Below, one piece after another: positions 48,396 through 57,182 of a stretch of 64,000 nucleotides of DNA. Made by a program: the position numbers and the translations under genes. The stretch is from Candidatus Goldiibacteriota bacterium HGW-Goldbacteria-1 (GTDB lineage: Bacteria; Oederibacteriota; PGYV01), in assembly GCA_002839855.1 (NCBI GenBank), contig PGYV01000001.1:229256-293255 (forward strand). The letters are read 5' to 3'. Below the pieces are notes generated by a model. The model was given only the letters and a program-made list of their open reading frames with translations, did no database searches and was not told the DNA's origin. The stretch's first letter is position 1; the number at the start of each line of letters is the position of its first letter.

Positions 48396-49526
48396 CTAAT
48401 ATTTCTCCAGCCAATTGATCAGCTGTATGTCATGCGGATTTAGTTCTATTGATTTTGTATATGCTTTTTTTGCTTCTGCTTTATTTTCCAGATAAAAATT
48501 ACAATTCCCGATTCTTTTATATACATCAGCCGTCTCCTGAATTAAAGCCGCCTGTTCAAAATACACCAATGCGATTTTATAACGTTTGCGTTCAAACTCT
48601 ATATCGCCTTTTTTCATAAATTCCGTGTATTCACTGTTATCAGAGGGCAGCGCGGGCAACTTTTCTGACTCCGAAATACTTTCGACATCAGAAGGTTCTA
48701 CACCTTCATTTGATAGATTAGAGATTGAATCATCAATATCCTGTGCTACGCCAGACTCTTTTGCTTTTGATTTTCCAAAAGAAAAAGATATTCCGCCATT
48801 AATATACAAACCCGAATAATCAACAGGCTGAACCATAAGGGAGCCGTCTTGAGGGTAATAATAACCGGTTCCCCGGAATATTCCCTCTAAATCACCTTTT
48901 GAATACCTGTACCCCGCTTTAAAATTTAATCCAAAGTTATCATTAAACCAGTAATCTGTGCCCGCTTCAAAACAGGTTCCAAAAAATAAACCAAACGGCG
49001 TAACAGACAGCGTTCCCATTTCATCGCCTGTTGCTGTATATGCATTGCCTTCCACCTGATTTGCAATTGAATACATAATACCAGCATCAAATCCAAGAAA
49101 GAAATTCACCTGTTCATTTTTCCATTTGTCCTGAAAATACTTTCTAAACCCAAGGCCAAAATAATCAGCGCTTAAATTACTTTTCATAGTCAGTAATTCA
49201 TTGGTGCTGTTAGGCCAAAACACTTTACTGTCATTATCCAGAACAATAATGTAATCATTTTTCAAATAAAACGCCCATAAACCGGACGGGCTGTCAAATA
49301 TATAAGCCCCGGCAATGCTTACCAAGCCGCCGGAAGTAATCAGCCTAAAATCCGAAGATGCATTTAAAGATTCAAAACTTTCGTTTTGTTCCTGAGCGTC
49401 TTTGTTGTATTCGGTCATCGCAAGCAGATTAATTCCGCCGTTAATTTCACCAATGCTTTTAATAACTTCTCCAAAAGACATATTTGATAAAAGCAATATT
49501 ACCATTAATAGAAAGATTTTTTTCAC
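48396..49526 (-). CDS. Exported outer-membrane beta-barrel-like protein with C-terminal TPR
   Basis: Signal peptide; FGLNFKAGYRY and LYINGGISFSF strands; TPR YKRIGNCNFYL...YTKSIELNP. Confidence 0.6.
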   Translation of the reverse strand: MKKIFLLMVILLLSNMSFGEVIKSIGEINGGINLLAMTEYNKDAQEQNESFESLNASSDFRLITSGGLVSIAGAYIFDSPSGLWAFYLKNDYIIVLDNDSKVFWPNSTNELLTMKSNLSADYFGLGFRKYFQDKWKNEQVNFFLGFDAGIMYSIANQVEGNAYTATGDEMGTLSVTPFGLFFGTCFEAGTDYWFNDNFGLNFKAGYRYSKGDLEGIFRGTGYYYPQDGSLMVQPVDYSGLYINGGISFSFGKSKAKESGVAQDIDDSISNLSNEGVEPSDVESISESEKLPALPSDNSEYTEFMKKGDIEFERKRYKIALVYFEQAALIQETADVYKRIGNCNFYLENKAEAKKAYTKSIELNPHDIQLINWLEKY

Positions 49527-49552
49527 TTCACCCTCCCGGTCAGCTTTGCTGT

Positions 49553-49753
49553 TTATTTTACTTTCATTACCATATAACGCCCGCTGTTATTCTTTACAAG
49601 AAAATGTGACTTTTCGCAGAAACTGCATTTAACTTCTTTTATATCTTCCTCTGTTTCCATTACCCATGTTGTCTGCCCGCACGAACACACAAACAGGCTG
49701 TGATATTTGTCATCTTCCCACACCCTCCCAAAAACTCTTGCCTTTCCCTTCAT
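49553..49753 (-). CDS. 66-aa Zn-ribbon-like protein, copy 1
   Basis: Start MKGKARV at 49753 after GGGAG; CSC...CSFC. Confidence 0.7.
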   Translation of the reverse strand: MKGKARVFGRVWEDDKYHSLFVCSCGQTTWVMETEEDIKEVKCSFCEKSHFLVKNNSGRYMVMKVK

Positions 49754-49878
49754 CTTCGGCTCCCATCTACCCCCGCGCCACTTGCATTTATTAGAAAATG
49801 AAAGAACAATATTTATATTACATATTTGTAGGTGTTTTGTCAAGTTAATACTTCTGTTAACTACCCTAAAATACTAAT

Positions 49879-50267
49879 GGCGGCTTGGATGCTTTGAGGC
49901 TTAGAGGCTTGGTAAAAACAACTACAAAGGCCGCGGGCTGAAGACCCGCGTCTACCAGGTCATAAATACAAACTGTGCGATAACAAGACACATTCAAAAC
50001 CCGGACAGCGCGGGAGCGCTATCCCTACAAAAAATTAAGCCAACTACCGCGAACTAAAGACCCGTGTCTGCAACGGCACAAATCTAAACAACGCGCCCTG
50101 CCATCTCCGCCATAACAGTTTTTTGCTGCGACGGCCGGAAAAGGGACGCGGCTACCAATTCCAATTCAAATACGAGCTGCAATACATTGCGGTTCTACAG
50201 GTAAAAACCAGCATCACGCGTCAGAAATGTTCAATGCAAACTTGGGGTATGACCCTAAGTTTGCATT
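49879..50267. repeat. REP-like cluster 6
   Basis: 8-mer tract 49879-49912; REP-A 49931-49956; REP-C 50003-50028; degenerate REP-A at 50047; 83-bp repeat 50080-50162; REP-D 50175-50198; 16-bp hairpin 50233-50267. Confidence 0.85.
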
Positions 50268-50305
50268 AAGATCAGCGATTATCCCGGACAGGATATTAGA
50301 AATTT

Positions 50306-50506
50306 TTACGCGTTTTCCAATACCATATAACGTCCGGTTTTGCTTTTTTTCAGGTAGTGTGTGTTTGCGCAGATATTGCATATAACTTTTTTGGGATCTT
50401 CTTCGGTTTCAATTACCCACTCCCTTTTCCCGCACGAACACACAAACAGGCTTTGAAACCTGTTATCCTCCCAGATTCTCCCAAAAACTTTTTTCTTTGT
50501 ACCCAT
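50306..50506 (-). CDS. 66-aa Zn-ribbon-like protein, copy 2
   Basis: RBS AAGGGAG; CSC...CNIC; 36/66 identical to copy 1. Confidence 0.7.
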   Translation of the reverse strand: MGTKKKVFGRIWEDNRFQSLFVCSCGKREWVIETEEDPKKVICNICANTHYLKKSKTGRYMVLENA

Positions 50507-50622
50507 TTTTTTCTCCCTTCTGCCCCCTGCATCATTATGCTGCCTATATAATGATCAGGACCCAATTTAAATTTACTATTTTGTAGCTATTTTGTCAAGT
50601 AGGTTTTTTGATTAAATACGCA

Positions 50623-50776
50623 AAAGGGACGGAGGGACAGTAAAACAGATGCTTGGAAGGTTAGATGCTTGGAGGCTTTGTAAAGACAATAACAAAAACC
50701 AAATCAAATACCGGACAGCGCGGGAGCGCTGTCCCTACAAAGACAAACCAACAACCGCGGGATGAAGTCCTGCGTC
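50623..50776. repeat. REP-like cluster 7
   Basis: GGGACGGAGGGACAG head; 8-mer tract 50647-50678; REP-C 50713-50738; truncated REP-A variant 50755-50776. Confidence 0.8.
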
Positions 50777-50778
50777 AG

Positions 50779-51435
50779 TTATAGTATGCAGTCAGGATCT
50801 TCCATGTCTATTAATCCATCGCAGTCGTCATCAATCCCGTTGTTACATATCTCCGTTTGCGGCATCAACGGTTCAGCATTACAGATTGCCCCGCCGCCGC
50901 TGTCGCACACAAAAACACCGGATTGTCTGCACGCACCCAGCCCTTCAAAACACTGCTGTCCCAAATCAGGAAAATCTTCATCAACAAGGCCGTCACAGTC
51001 ATCGTCAAGGCCGTTGCATATCTCTGTCTGCGGTTCCAATGCTACAGCGTTACAGATTACCCCGCTGCTGCCGTTGCACACAAAAACACCGGATTGCCTG
51101 CATGCGCCATACCCTTCAAAACACTCCTGCCCCTGTTCAGGAAAATCATTGTCAATAATACCGTCGCAGTCGTCGTCAATACCATTACACTGCTCCGGGC
51201 TGCAGATTCTTGTGGTTGTGGGGGTTGGAGTAATTGTGCATGTGGGTGTTGCGGAAGTTATGGGCGTAGCGGTGCACGTGACCGTGGCAGTATAATCGCA
51301 TGTATGCGTGGATGTGGCTATAACCACGACAGTAACTTCCACAACCGTGGGGCAGGTATTACATGGTTTCTGGCAGGAAACTGTCAGAAACAGTATAATG
51401 TATAATAAAACAAAAACAGTTAATATTCTTTTCAT
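50779..51435 (-). CDS. Lipoprotein with Cys/Asp-rich putative metal-binding (MopE-like) repeats
   Basis: Lipobox TVSC, Thr-rich linker, and three E.CNG.DDDCDG..D repeats separated by duplicated Cys-rich units. Confidence 0.8.
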   Translation of the reverse strand: MKRILTVFVLLYIILFLTVSCQKPCNTCPTVVEVTVVVIATSTHTCDYTATVTCTATPITSATPTCTITPTPTTTRICSPEQCNGIDDDCDGIIDNDFPEQGQECFEGYGACRQSGVFVCNGSSGVICNAVALEPQTEICNGLDDDCDGLVDEDFPDLGQQCFEGLGACRQSGVFVCDSGGGAICNAEPLMPQTEICNNGIDDDCDGLIDMEDPDCIL

Positions 51436-51563
51436 TTAATTCCTCCATTTTATAAAGGCCTGATGTCTGCCCTGACATATAACTTTAAAGCTTTTCAAGT
51501 CTATAACAACACCGGGCATTCAGCAAGCGGAAAATACATAGATGAAAACTGCAATAAAAATAC

Positions 51564-51729
51564 GAGGGACGGAGGGACGGAGGGACAGTGAAACAGATGT
51601 TTGGATGATTAGATGATTGGAAGGTCGGCAAAGACAATTACAAAAACTAAATCAAATACCGGACAGCGCGGGAGCGCTATCCCTACAAAAACTGAACCAA
51701 CTACCGCGGGCTAAAGACCCGCGTCTACC
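51564..51729. repeat. REP-like cluster 8
   Basis: GAGGGACG repeated three times; 8-mer tract 51595-51628; REP-C 51661-51686; REP-A 51704-51729. Confidence 0.85.
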
Positions 51730-51773
51730 AAGACAAAAATACAATCTGTGCGATAACAAATACAAATCACCCA

Positions 51774-53207
51774 TTACTCTATCCCAAATACCACTTTTAC
51801 CTTCATATTATTCCCTTTTGGAAGCAAAACATAATCATCTTCAAACTTTTCCCACGCTTTACCGTCAATTTCCACGCTTTTTATCTTTACCTCTTTTGCT
51901 TCAAGTATGTTTACATAATGCTTTTGCCCTTCCGTATCTGAACTTAAATTAAAATACAGTTCCGCGTCTTTTTTATGGACATATAGGCTAAGATACAGGT
52001 AATTAAACAGGGCCTGTTCCATTGTATGGTAGGCGGATTTGTACATTGTCCCTTTAACGCGCGACGACGGTGTGCCGTCCGCCAGAAGGGTTTCATAACA
52101 CTCCCCGTATGTTTTATCTATGAAATACTTATCCCAGAACTCCGCGCTTTTTTTAAATATCTCAATTTACTTTTTATCTTTGGAGTGATAATACATGTTA
52201 AGCATCAGATTATTGCCTTCTTCCTGGGTCCACCAGTCTTTGGAATCGTCAATTGAACCGGGGCGGGTGCTTATGAATTTAAAAAACCATCCGCCGTGTT
52301 TTTTATCCCACATATACTTTCTTTGGGCGGAATCTATTTTCTGCGCCGCCGTTAAATACTCCTTATTACCTGTAAGATAATACATGCGCATCATAACCCA
52401 GCCGGTTTTTGTATTGTGCCCTCCCCAAAGTTCAGTTTCCTTGCCGGTCCAGTCAGCCGTATAGCTTTCACCCACAAAACCCGTTTTTTTATCCACCATT
52501 TTTTCAACAATAACATCACAAAGGCGTACTAAATCCTGTAACAGGTTTTCGTCCCCTGTTGCCAGATAATAGTAGATTAAATATGCCGTGCATGTATCAA
52601 GCTGGGCGTTAAACGATTTGGCGGTTGTAATGTTCTGCCACTGATTATCCACCATCGTATAATAACCGCCATACTTTTTATCCCATGCGTTTTCATTCAT
52701 CAGCGTATGCGTCCGCCCCACAAGTTCCAGCGCTCTTTTATCCCCCGTTACAATATAATAAAATACAGGCCCTAAATTCCCATACGTCTGGTCAAACATA
52801 TTTTTAGCGCCCATATCGCCGCCGCCGTAATCATCAGTAAAAGCGTACCAGCCGCCGTTTTCTTTATCCCACCCCGCGTCACTAAGGTATTTCATGCCAT
52901 GTTCCGCAAAACGCAGGTATTTTTCATCGCCTGAAAGCATATACGCGGCGGCAAAACCAAAAACAACCCTTGAATTCATCCTTGGAAGTTTGCTTCCCGC
53001 TTCAACCTGCCCTTCATAAGTTACGTCAGTATGAAAACCGCCGTAGTCTTCATCAATGGTTTTTTCCCAGAATGGAATTATATCCTTAATAGCCTGCGTT
53101 TTCCAGTACTGCGGATCCATGACCCCAATTGCGGTTTGATTTTTTGCACCGCATCCCATAATTAAAAATAAAAAAAGCACGCTTAACACTAATATTTTTT
53201 TGTTCAT
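51774..53207 (-). pseudogene. AGE-family (N-acylglucosamine/cellobiose 2-epimerase-like) lipoprotein interrupted by one in-frame TAA
   Basis: The frame continues past TAA 52167-52169: ...YHSKDKK*IEIFKKSAEFWDKYFIDKTYGECY...KGTMYKSAYHTMEQ..., joining ORF 51774-52046 in the same frame. Confidence 0.8.
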
Positions 53208-53240
53208 ATTATCTCCATAAGTTATATTATTTTATTACCC

Positions 53241-53303
53241 GGACGGTGCGGTAGCGCCGTCCCTGCAAAAACAAAAACCGCGGGCCGAATACCCGCGTCT
53301 ACC
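53241..53303. repeat. REP-like cluster 9
   Basis: REP-C variant GGACGGTGCGGTAGCGCCGTCCCTGC at 53241-53266; REP-A variant at 53278-53303. Confidence 0.75.
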
Positions 53304-53385
53304 AATTCCAAAAATTCTATCCCATAAATGAAAACATTATTAAGACAAAAGCCAAACCTGCCAAGGCATAATACCTGTCTCATAA

Positions 53386-54684
53386 TTAAGCGGGTTTAAG
53401 CAGCCACTTCCACATCGGCACCACTGCCACACTTAAGCCGCCATGATTTATTATCTTTTCTTCATCTTTGGTTATTATGGTCAGTTTTTTTACCTTCAAC
53501 TCGGCTGCCGCTTCTACCAGCCCCCTTATTTCCCTGTCTTTAGCCTTTTCCGCGGATATATCAAGGCACACCTGTATGGCTTCGGTTATTTTCATCCCTT
53601 CCCTGCAGACAAAATCAACCTCATGGCCGTCCTTTGATTTCCAGTAATATATTTCCCTGTTTCTTCTCTTTAATTCCAGGAAAACAGCGTTTTCATAAAT
53701 ATGCCCGGCATTTTCGGAGAATTTAAAACCTGTTACCTTGGCCATCCCCGTGTCAACGCAGTAGAATTTTCCGGGATTATATATCTGCCTTCTTACGGAA
53801 AAATCAAACATCGGCAGCCTAAAAAACATATACGCGCTTTCAAGGTATTCCAGATAATTTTTAACCGTTGTAATGTTTTTAGCATGTATCATTTTAGCAA
53901 GGTTTTCATAGCTGCATATGGTTCCTATGTTTGAAGAAAGATATACGCACAGTTCTTTAAACTCGCGCGAATTACGCAGCGCGTATCTTGAAATTATGTC
54001 CCTGTATATAATATCTTTGTAATATTGCTCCACCAGTGTGACGTCGTTGTTTTTCACGGCTTCCGGAAATCCTCCTCCGGCTATGTATAAACTTAAACGG
54101 GACTTTAGCGCGGCCTTTTTCTCGGCAGAGGGAGGTTTTGAAACAGCCGCAGAAACTTCATGAAATTTTAGGTATTCCCCAAAGGAAAAAGGCCAGTTTA
54201 CAGCCTGCCTGTTCCTGCCTGTAAGATGTGTTGATATTTCAGAACTTAACATGGATGCGTTTGACCCGGTGATAAATACCTTTGTATCCCCCCGCTCATA
54301 AAGCCTGTTTGCCCACCTCTGCCAGCCGCTTATGTTCTGTATCTCGTCAAAGAAGAAATATTTCTTCCCGCGCGGATTTTCCGCCTCCAGGTACGTTTCA
54401 TATAAAACCTCAAAATCAGCGCTGGTAAAATCTATAAAACGTTCATCATCAAAATTCACATATAATATATTTTCTTTGCGGACTCCGGCTTTCATAATAT
54501 CACCGCATATCAGCCGCATAAGCGACGACTTCCCGCTGCGCCTGACGCCGGTTATAAGCACAATTTCACCCGTATCATAAAATTTTTCCAGCCCGGACTG
54601 AAGTTCCCTTTTTATTAACCCACCACGCGCCAGAAACCTTTCCCTGTGGGACTGTACAAGCTCTTTTAGTTTCACCGTTTCCAT
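53386..54684 (-). CDS. AAA_14 ATPase with DUF4143 C-terminus
   Basis: ITGVRRSGKS, FFDEIQN, TGSNA, GGFPE, KFYCVDTG, YENAVF and EVDFV. Confidence 0.9.
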   Translation of the reverse strand: METVKLKELVQSHRERFLARGGLIKRELQSGLEKFYDTGEIVLITGVRRSGKSSLMRLICGDIMKAGVRKENILYVNFDDERFIDFTSADFEVLYETYLEAENPRGKKYFFFDEIQNISGWQRWANRLYERGDTKVFITGSNASMLSSEISTHLTGRNRQAVNWPFSFGEYLKFHEVSAAVSKPPSAEKKAALKSRLSLYIAGGGFPEAVKNNDVTLVEQYYKDIIYRDIISRYALRNSREFKELCVYLSSNIGTICSYENLAKMIHAKNITTVKNYLEYLESAYMFFRLPMFDFSVRRQIYNPGKFYCVDTGMAKVTGFKFSENAGHIYENAVFLELKRRNREIYYWKSKDGHEVDFVCREGMKITEAIQVCLDISAEKAKDREIRGLVEAAAELKVKKLTIITKDEEKIINHGGLSVAVVPMWKWLLKPA

Positions 54685-54707
54685 TATTCACCTTCTTTAC
54701 GTGTTTA

Positions 54708-54769
54708 AATATATTATATTAGTAATATAATGTTTTGTCAAATACATTATATTACTAATATAATATATT
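54708..54769. promoter_or_regulatory. Perfect 26-bp inverted repeat enclosing the -35 box of the AAA_14 gene
   Basis: AATATATTATATTAGTAATATAATGT (54708-54733), TTTGTCAAAT spacer containing TTGACA on the minus strand, then the exact reverse complement (54744-54769). Confidence 0.75.
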
Positions 54770-54804
54770 ACCACGGCTTCAGAAAGGCCAAAGGATGATA
54801 AAAC

Positions 54805-54893
54805 AGATACTCGGACGCTTAGAGGCTTGGATGTTTGGTAAATACAATTACAAAATCAAATCAACTGCCGCACCCTAAAGGGACGCGCCTACC
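54805..54893. repeat. REP-like cluster 10
   Basis: 8-mer tract 54805-54838; REP-B 54868-54893. Confidence 0.8.
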
Positions 54894-54946
54894 AAAACAA
54901 GGCAGTATCCCATAAACTTTTATCCCATATCCAATAAATAAAAACT

Positions 54947-55456
54947 TTAAAACTTTGAAGCTGTCTCGTCTGCCCATTTTTCCACTTTTGCCCAGTCCCT
55001 GAAATCCCCCTCGGGCACGCCTTTTTTAAAGGCCGGCATCAGGGTTAAAAAGTTCATGGGAAACGGTAACGTTTTAAAATCCACCTTGCCCGGAAACAGC
55101 CCTTCACTTACCGGCTTGACAAAAGCCCTGACCGGATCCAGATACCCGGCTGCGGTTTTTCTGTTATCAGGCGTGTCTTTCTGCATTGTCAGGCATACAA
55201 GAAAATAACCCACAGGAACCTTTAACAGCGCGTCTTTGTACGCGGAGACAAATTTCACGACAGAGCCTTTTATTTTCCCCATCACAACACCGCTGCCGAT
55301 GATAACGCCGTCATAGCCTTCAACTGATTTAATTTTATTTACAGGCTTCACATCAGCCTGCATGCCCTTTTCAGACAGCTTCTTTCCGATAAATTCCGCG
55401 GTTTCAGCCGTTGACCCCGAAAAAGACCCGTAGGCAATAAGTATTTTCTTTGCCAT
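54947..55456 (-). CDS. Flavodoxin-domain protein (HemG/Flavodoxin_5-like)
   Basis: ILIAYGSFSGSTAETAE, YDGVIIGSGV and DFRDW. Confidence 0.85.
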   Translation of the reverse strand: MAKKILIAYGSFSGSTAETAEFIGKKLSEKGMQADVKPVNKIKSVEGYDGVIIGSGVVMGKIKGSVVKFVSAYKDALLKVPVGYFLVCLTMQKDTPDNRKTAAGYLDPVRAFVKPVSEGLFPGKVDFKTLPFPMNFLTLMPAFKKGVPEGDFRDWAKVEKWADETASKF

Positions 55457-55508
55457 GATAGTACCCTCCGTAAAAGAAGTATTAAGCCTTAACCATATCC
55501 GGCTTCTA

Positions 55509-56564
55509 TTAAATATTTAATCTGATTGTTAAATAGTAACTTAATGGCATTTTAACATCGCCGACTTCTCTAAAATCATCATTTAATGTAAAGTTAAACA
55601 TCCAATTTTCAACTTGCCATTCCAATCCAGCAGAAACAATTGTTTTTTGAATCATCTTAAACGAATCACCGGTGTTATATATATAATAAAAGAAATCCTG
55701 CGGTTCTTCTCTTATAATAATTCCGCTTAATAACGTGATAGAATCAGAAACGCTGTAAACAAGGCCAAAGTTATAGCTGATAGTATTTGCAATAACCGGC
55801 TGAAAATATCCTGCATACGCAGGAACTACCGTAGGCAGATCAAAGTATCCTCCAATTATATTTTTAATATCAAATGCCGCTGTCAAACTGTCAAATACTT
55901 TTATACTAATGCCAAAGTCAATATCCCAAGGTAAAATATCAGATTCCATCTCCCTTCCATAATCATCCCAAATATGATATCTGTTAAAATTTATACCTCC
56001 AACATCATGAATATTAACACCCATCTTAAACTCTTCCGTTATTTCTAATAATACTCCCGCGCCAAAAAGCAAAGTATTATTGACATCTGATATCTTGGAA
56101 ATAACATGATTATATTTAACATTAATACCTATTGAGATGTTAGATAATAGATCTATTCCATACGCCCCCGCTAACTGATACTCATATATTAAGGAATCGA
56201 CAGCCTCTCCATTGTCAGAAAAAGTTTTATTCAGCACATCGCCCTGTGCTCTGACATAAATATTAAAACCATAATTTTTATTTATATAACTGACACCGTA
56301 AGCGGTAGACAAAAAATCACCGGAGTCCGCGGTATGTGTGCTTCCCTTCCAAAGGTATTTTGTCAAAGCGCCCGATAAAGAAAACGATGTATTCTCTATG
56401 CCGGCTAAACCCGCAGGATTTTGAAAGATAGCATTTTCATCATCAGCCAAAGCAGTTTTCGCATTGCCCATCCCGACAGATGATGCACTTTCCATATAAT
56501 ATGGATAACTATAAATTGAACATGCAAACAGGCATAGTATTATCAACGGCAGTATTTTTTTCAT
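55509..56564 (-). CDS. Outer-membrane beta-barrel (PorV/FadL-like N-terminal motif)
   Basis: Start moved to MKKILP at 56564 after GGAGGGG. SVGMGNAKTALADDENAIFQNPAGL; C-terminal aromatic/hydrophobic strand. Confidence 0.65.
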   Translation of the reverse strand: MKKILPLIILCLFACSIYSYPYYMESASSVGMGNAKTALADDENAIFQNPAGLAGIENTSFSLSGALTKYLWKGSTHTADSGDFLSTAYGVSYINKNYGFNIYVRAQGDVLNKTFSDNGEAVDSLIYEYQLAGAYGIDLLSNISIGINVKYNHVISKISDVNNTLLFGAGVLLEITEEFKMGVNIHDVGGINFNRYHIWDDYGREMESDILPWDIDFGISIKVFDSLTAAFDIKNIIGGYFDLPTVVPAYAGYFQPVIANTISYNFGLVYSVSDSITLLSGIIIREEPQDFFYYIYNTGDSFKMIQKTIVSAGLEWQVENWMFNFTLNDDFREVGDVKMPLSYYLTIRLNI

Positions 56565-56653
56565 TTCCCCTCCAACAACGTTATTCAAAGTAAACAGTTT
56601 TATGTTCACTTTCCGTATTCTATAGATTTTTTTATTAAAAACCAGAACAAAGG

Positions 56654-56806
56654 CCGCGGGCTGAAGACCCGCGTCTACCAGATCAAATTCCAATACCGGA
56701 TCAAAATCAACTGCCGCGCCCTAAAGGGACGCGCCTACCAGATCCAGTTACAATTTAAAATCAAGTGCGAGGCTCAAGTGCGAGGCGTAATGTATTACGC
56801 CTCTAC
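56654..56806. repeat. REP-like cluster 11
   Basis: REP-A 56654-56679; REP-B 56714-56739; 13-bp tandem TCAAGTGCGAGGC; REP-D 56782-56806. Confidence 0.85.
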
Positions 56807-56836
56807 GTTAATATAATCACAGATGCCGGAGATTAG

Positions 56837-57088
56837 TTACTCTGTTTTTTTGCCCATTTTCATGTATTTTTCTGCAAGCTTAACCGCTGTTTTCATACCC
56901 TTTTCGCTTATAGTGACAGATTTTGATTTCTTACCGCCGTATATTAAGCCTTCTTCTTCCAATTGGTCCAGAACCTCATAACGGAAATTTTTCCAGCTGC
57001 GGTTAACCTTTTCGCCGTCAATTAATTTTTCTTTCCATGAGTTTAAGTACAAAAGCAGCATTGTCAGTTCTTTAATTGTTTTTTCCAT
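56837..57088 (-). CDS. Small winged-helix-like protein (DUF6429-like)
   Basis: ELTMLLLYLNSW, RSWKNF.YEVLDQLEEEGLI and KSKSVTISEKG. Confidence 0.65.
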   Translation of the reverse strand: MEKTIKELTMLLLYLNSWKEKLIDGEKVNRSWKNFRYEVLDQLEEEGLIYGGKKSKSVTISEKGMKTAVKLAEKYMKMGKKTE

Positions 57089-57182
57089 GTCAAATTACCC
57101 TTTCCGGAGTTGTTTTATCCTGTATATTAAGAACAGAAAGTCGGAGGTAAGACCGAACATACAAACCTGCAACACCAAAAAC

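Noticed and set aside
640-53207. Stop-codon reassignment to explain the internal stops (TAG at 772, TAA at 52167)
   Set aside because: Two different codons are involved, and TAA, TAG and TGA all terminate intact conserved genes elsewhere in the window.
56565-56693. N-terminal extension of the 55509 ORF; likewise extended starts of ORFs ending at 25672, 25883, 28789, 31974, 32605, 38350 and 49843
   Set aside because: The extensions read through REP or promoter DNA or overlap upstream genes; internal ATGs have clear RBSs and family-consistent N-termini.
31318-57088. Integron cassette array (co-oriented accessory genes separated by palindromes)
   Set aside because: No intI; the hairpins lack consistent RYYYAAC/GTTRRRY attC boxes; most genes have their own promoters.
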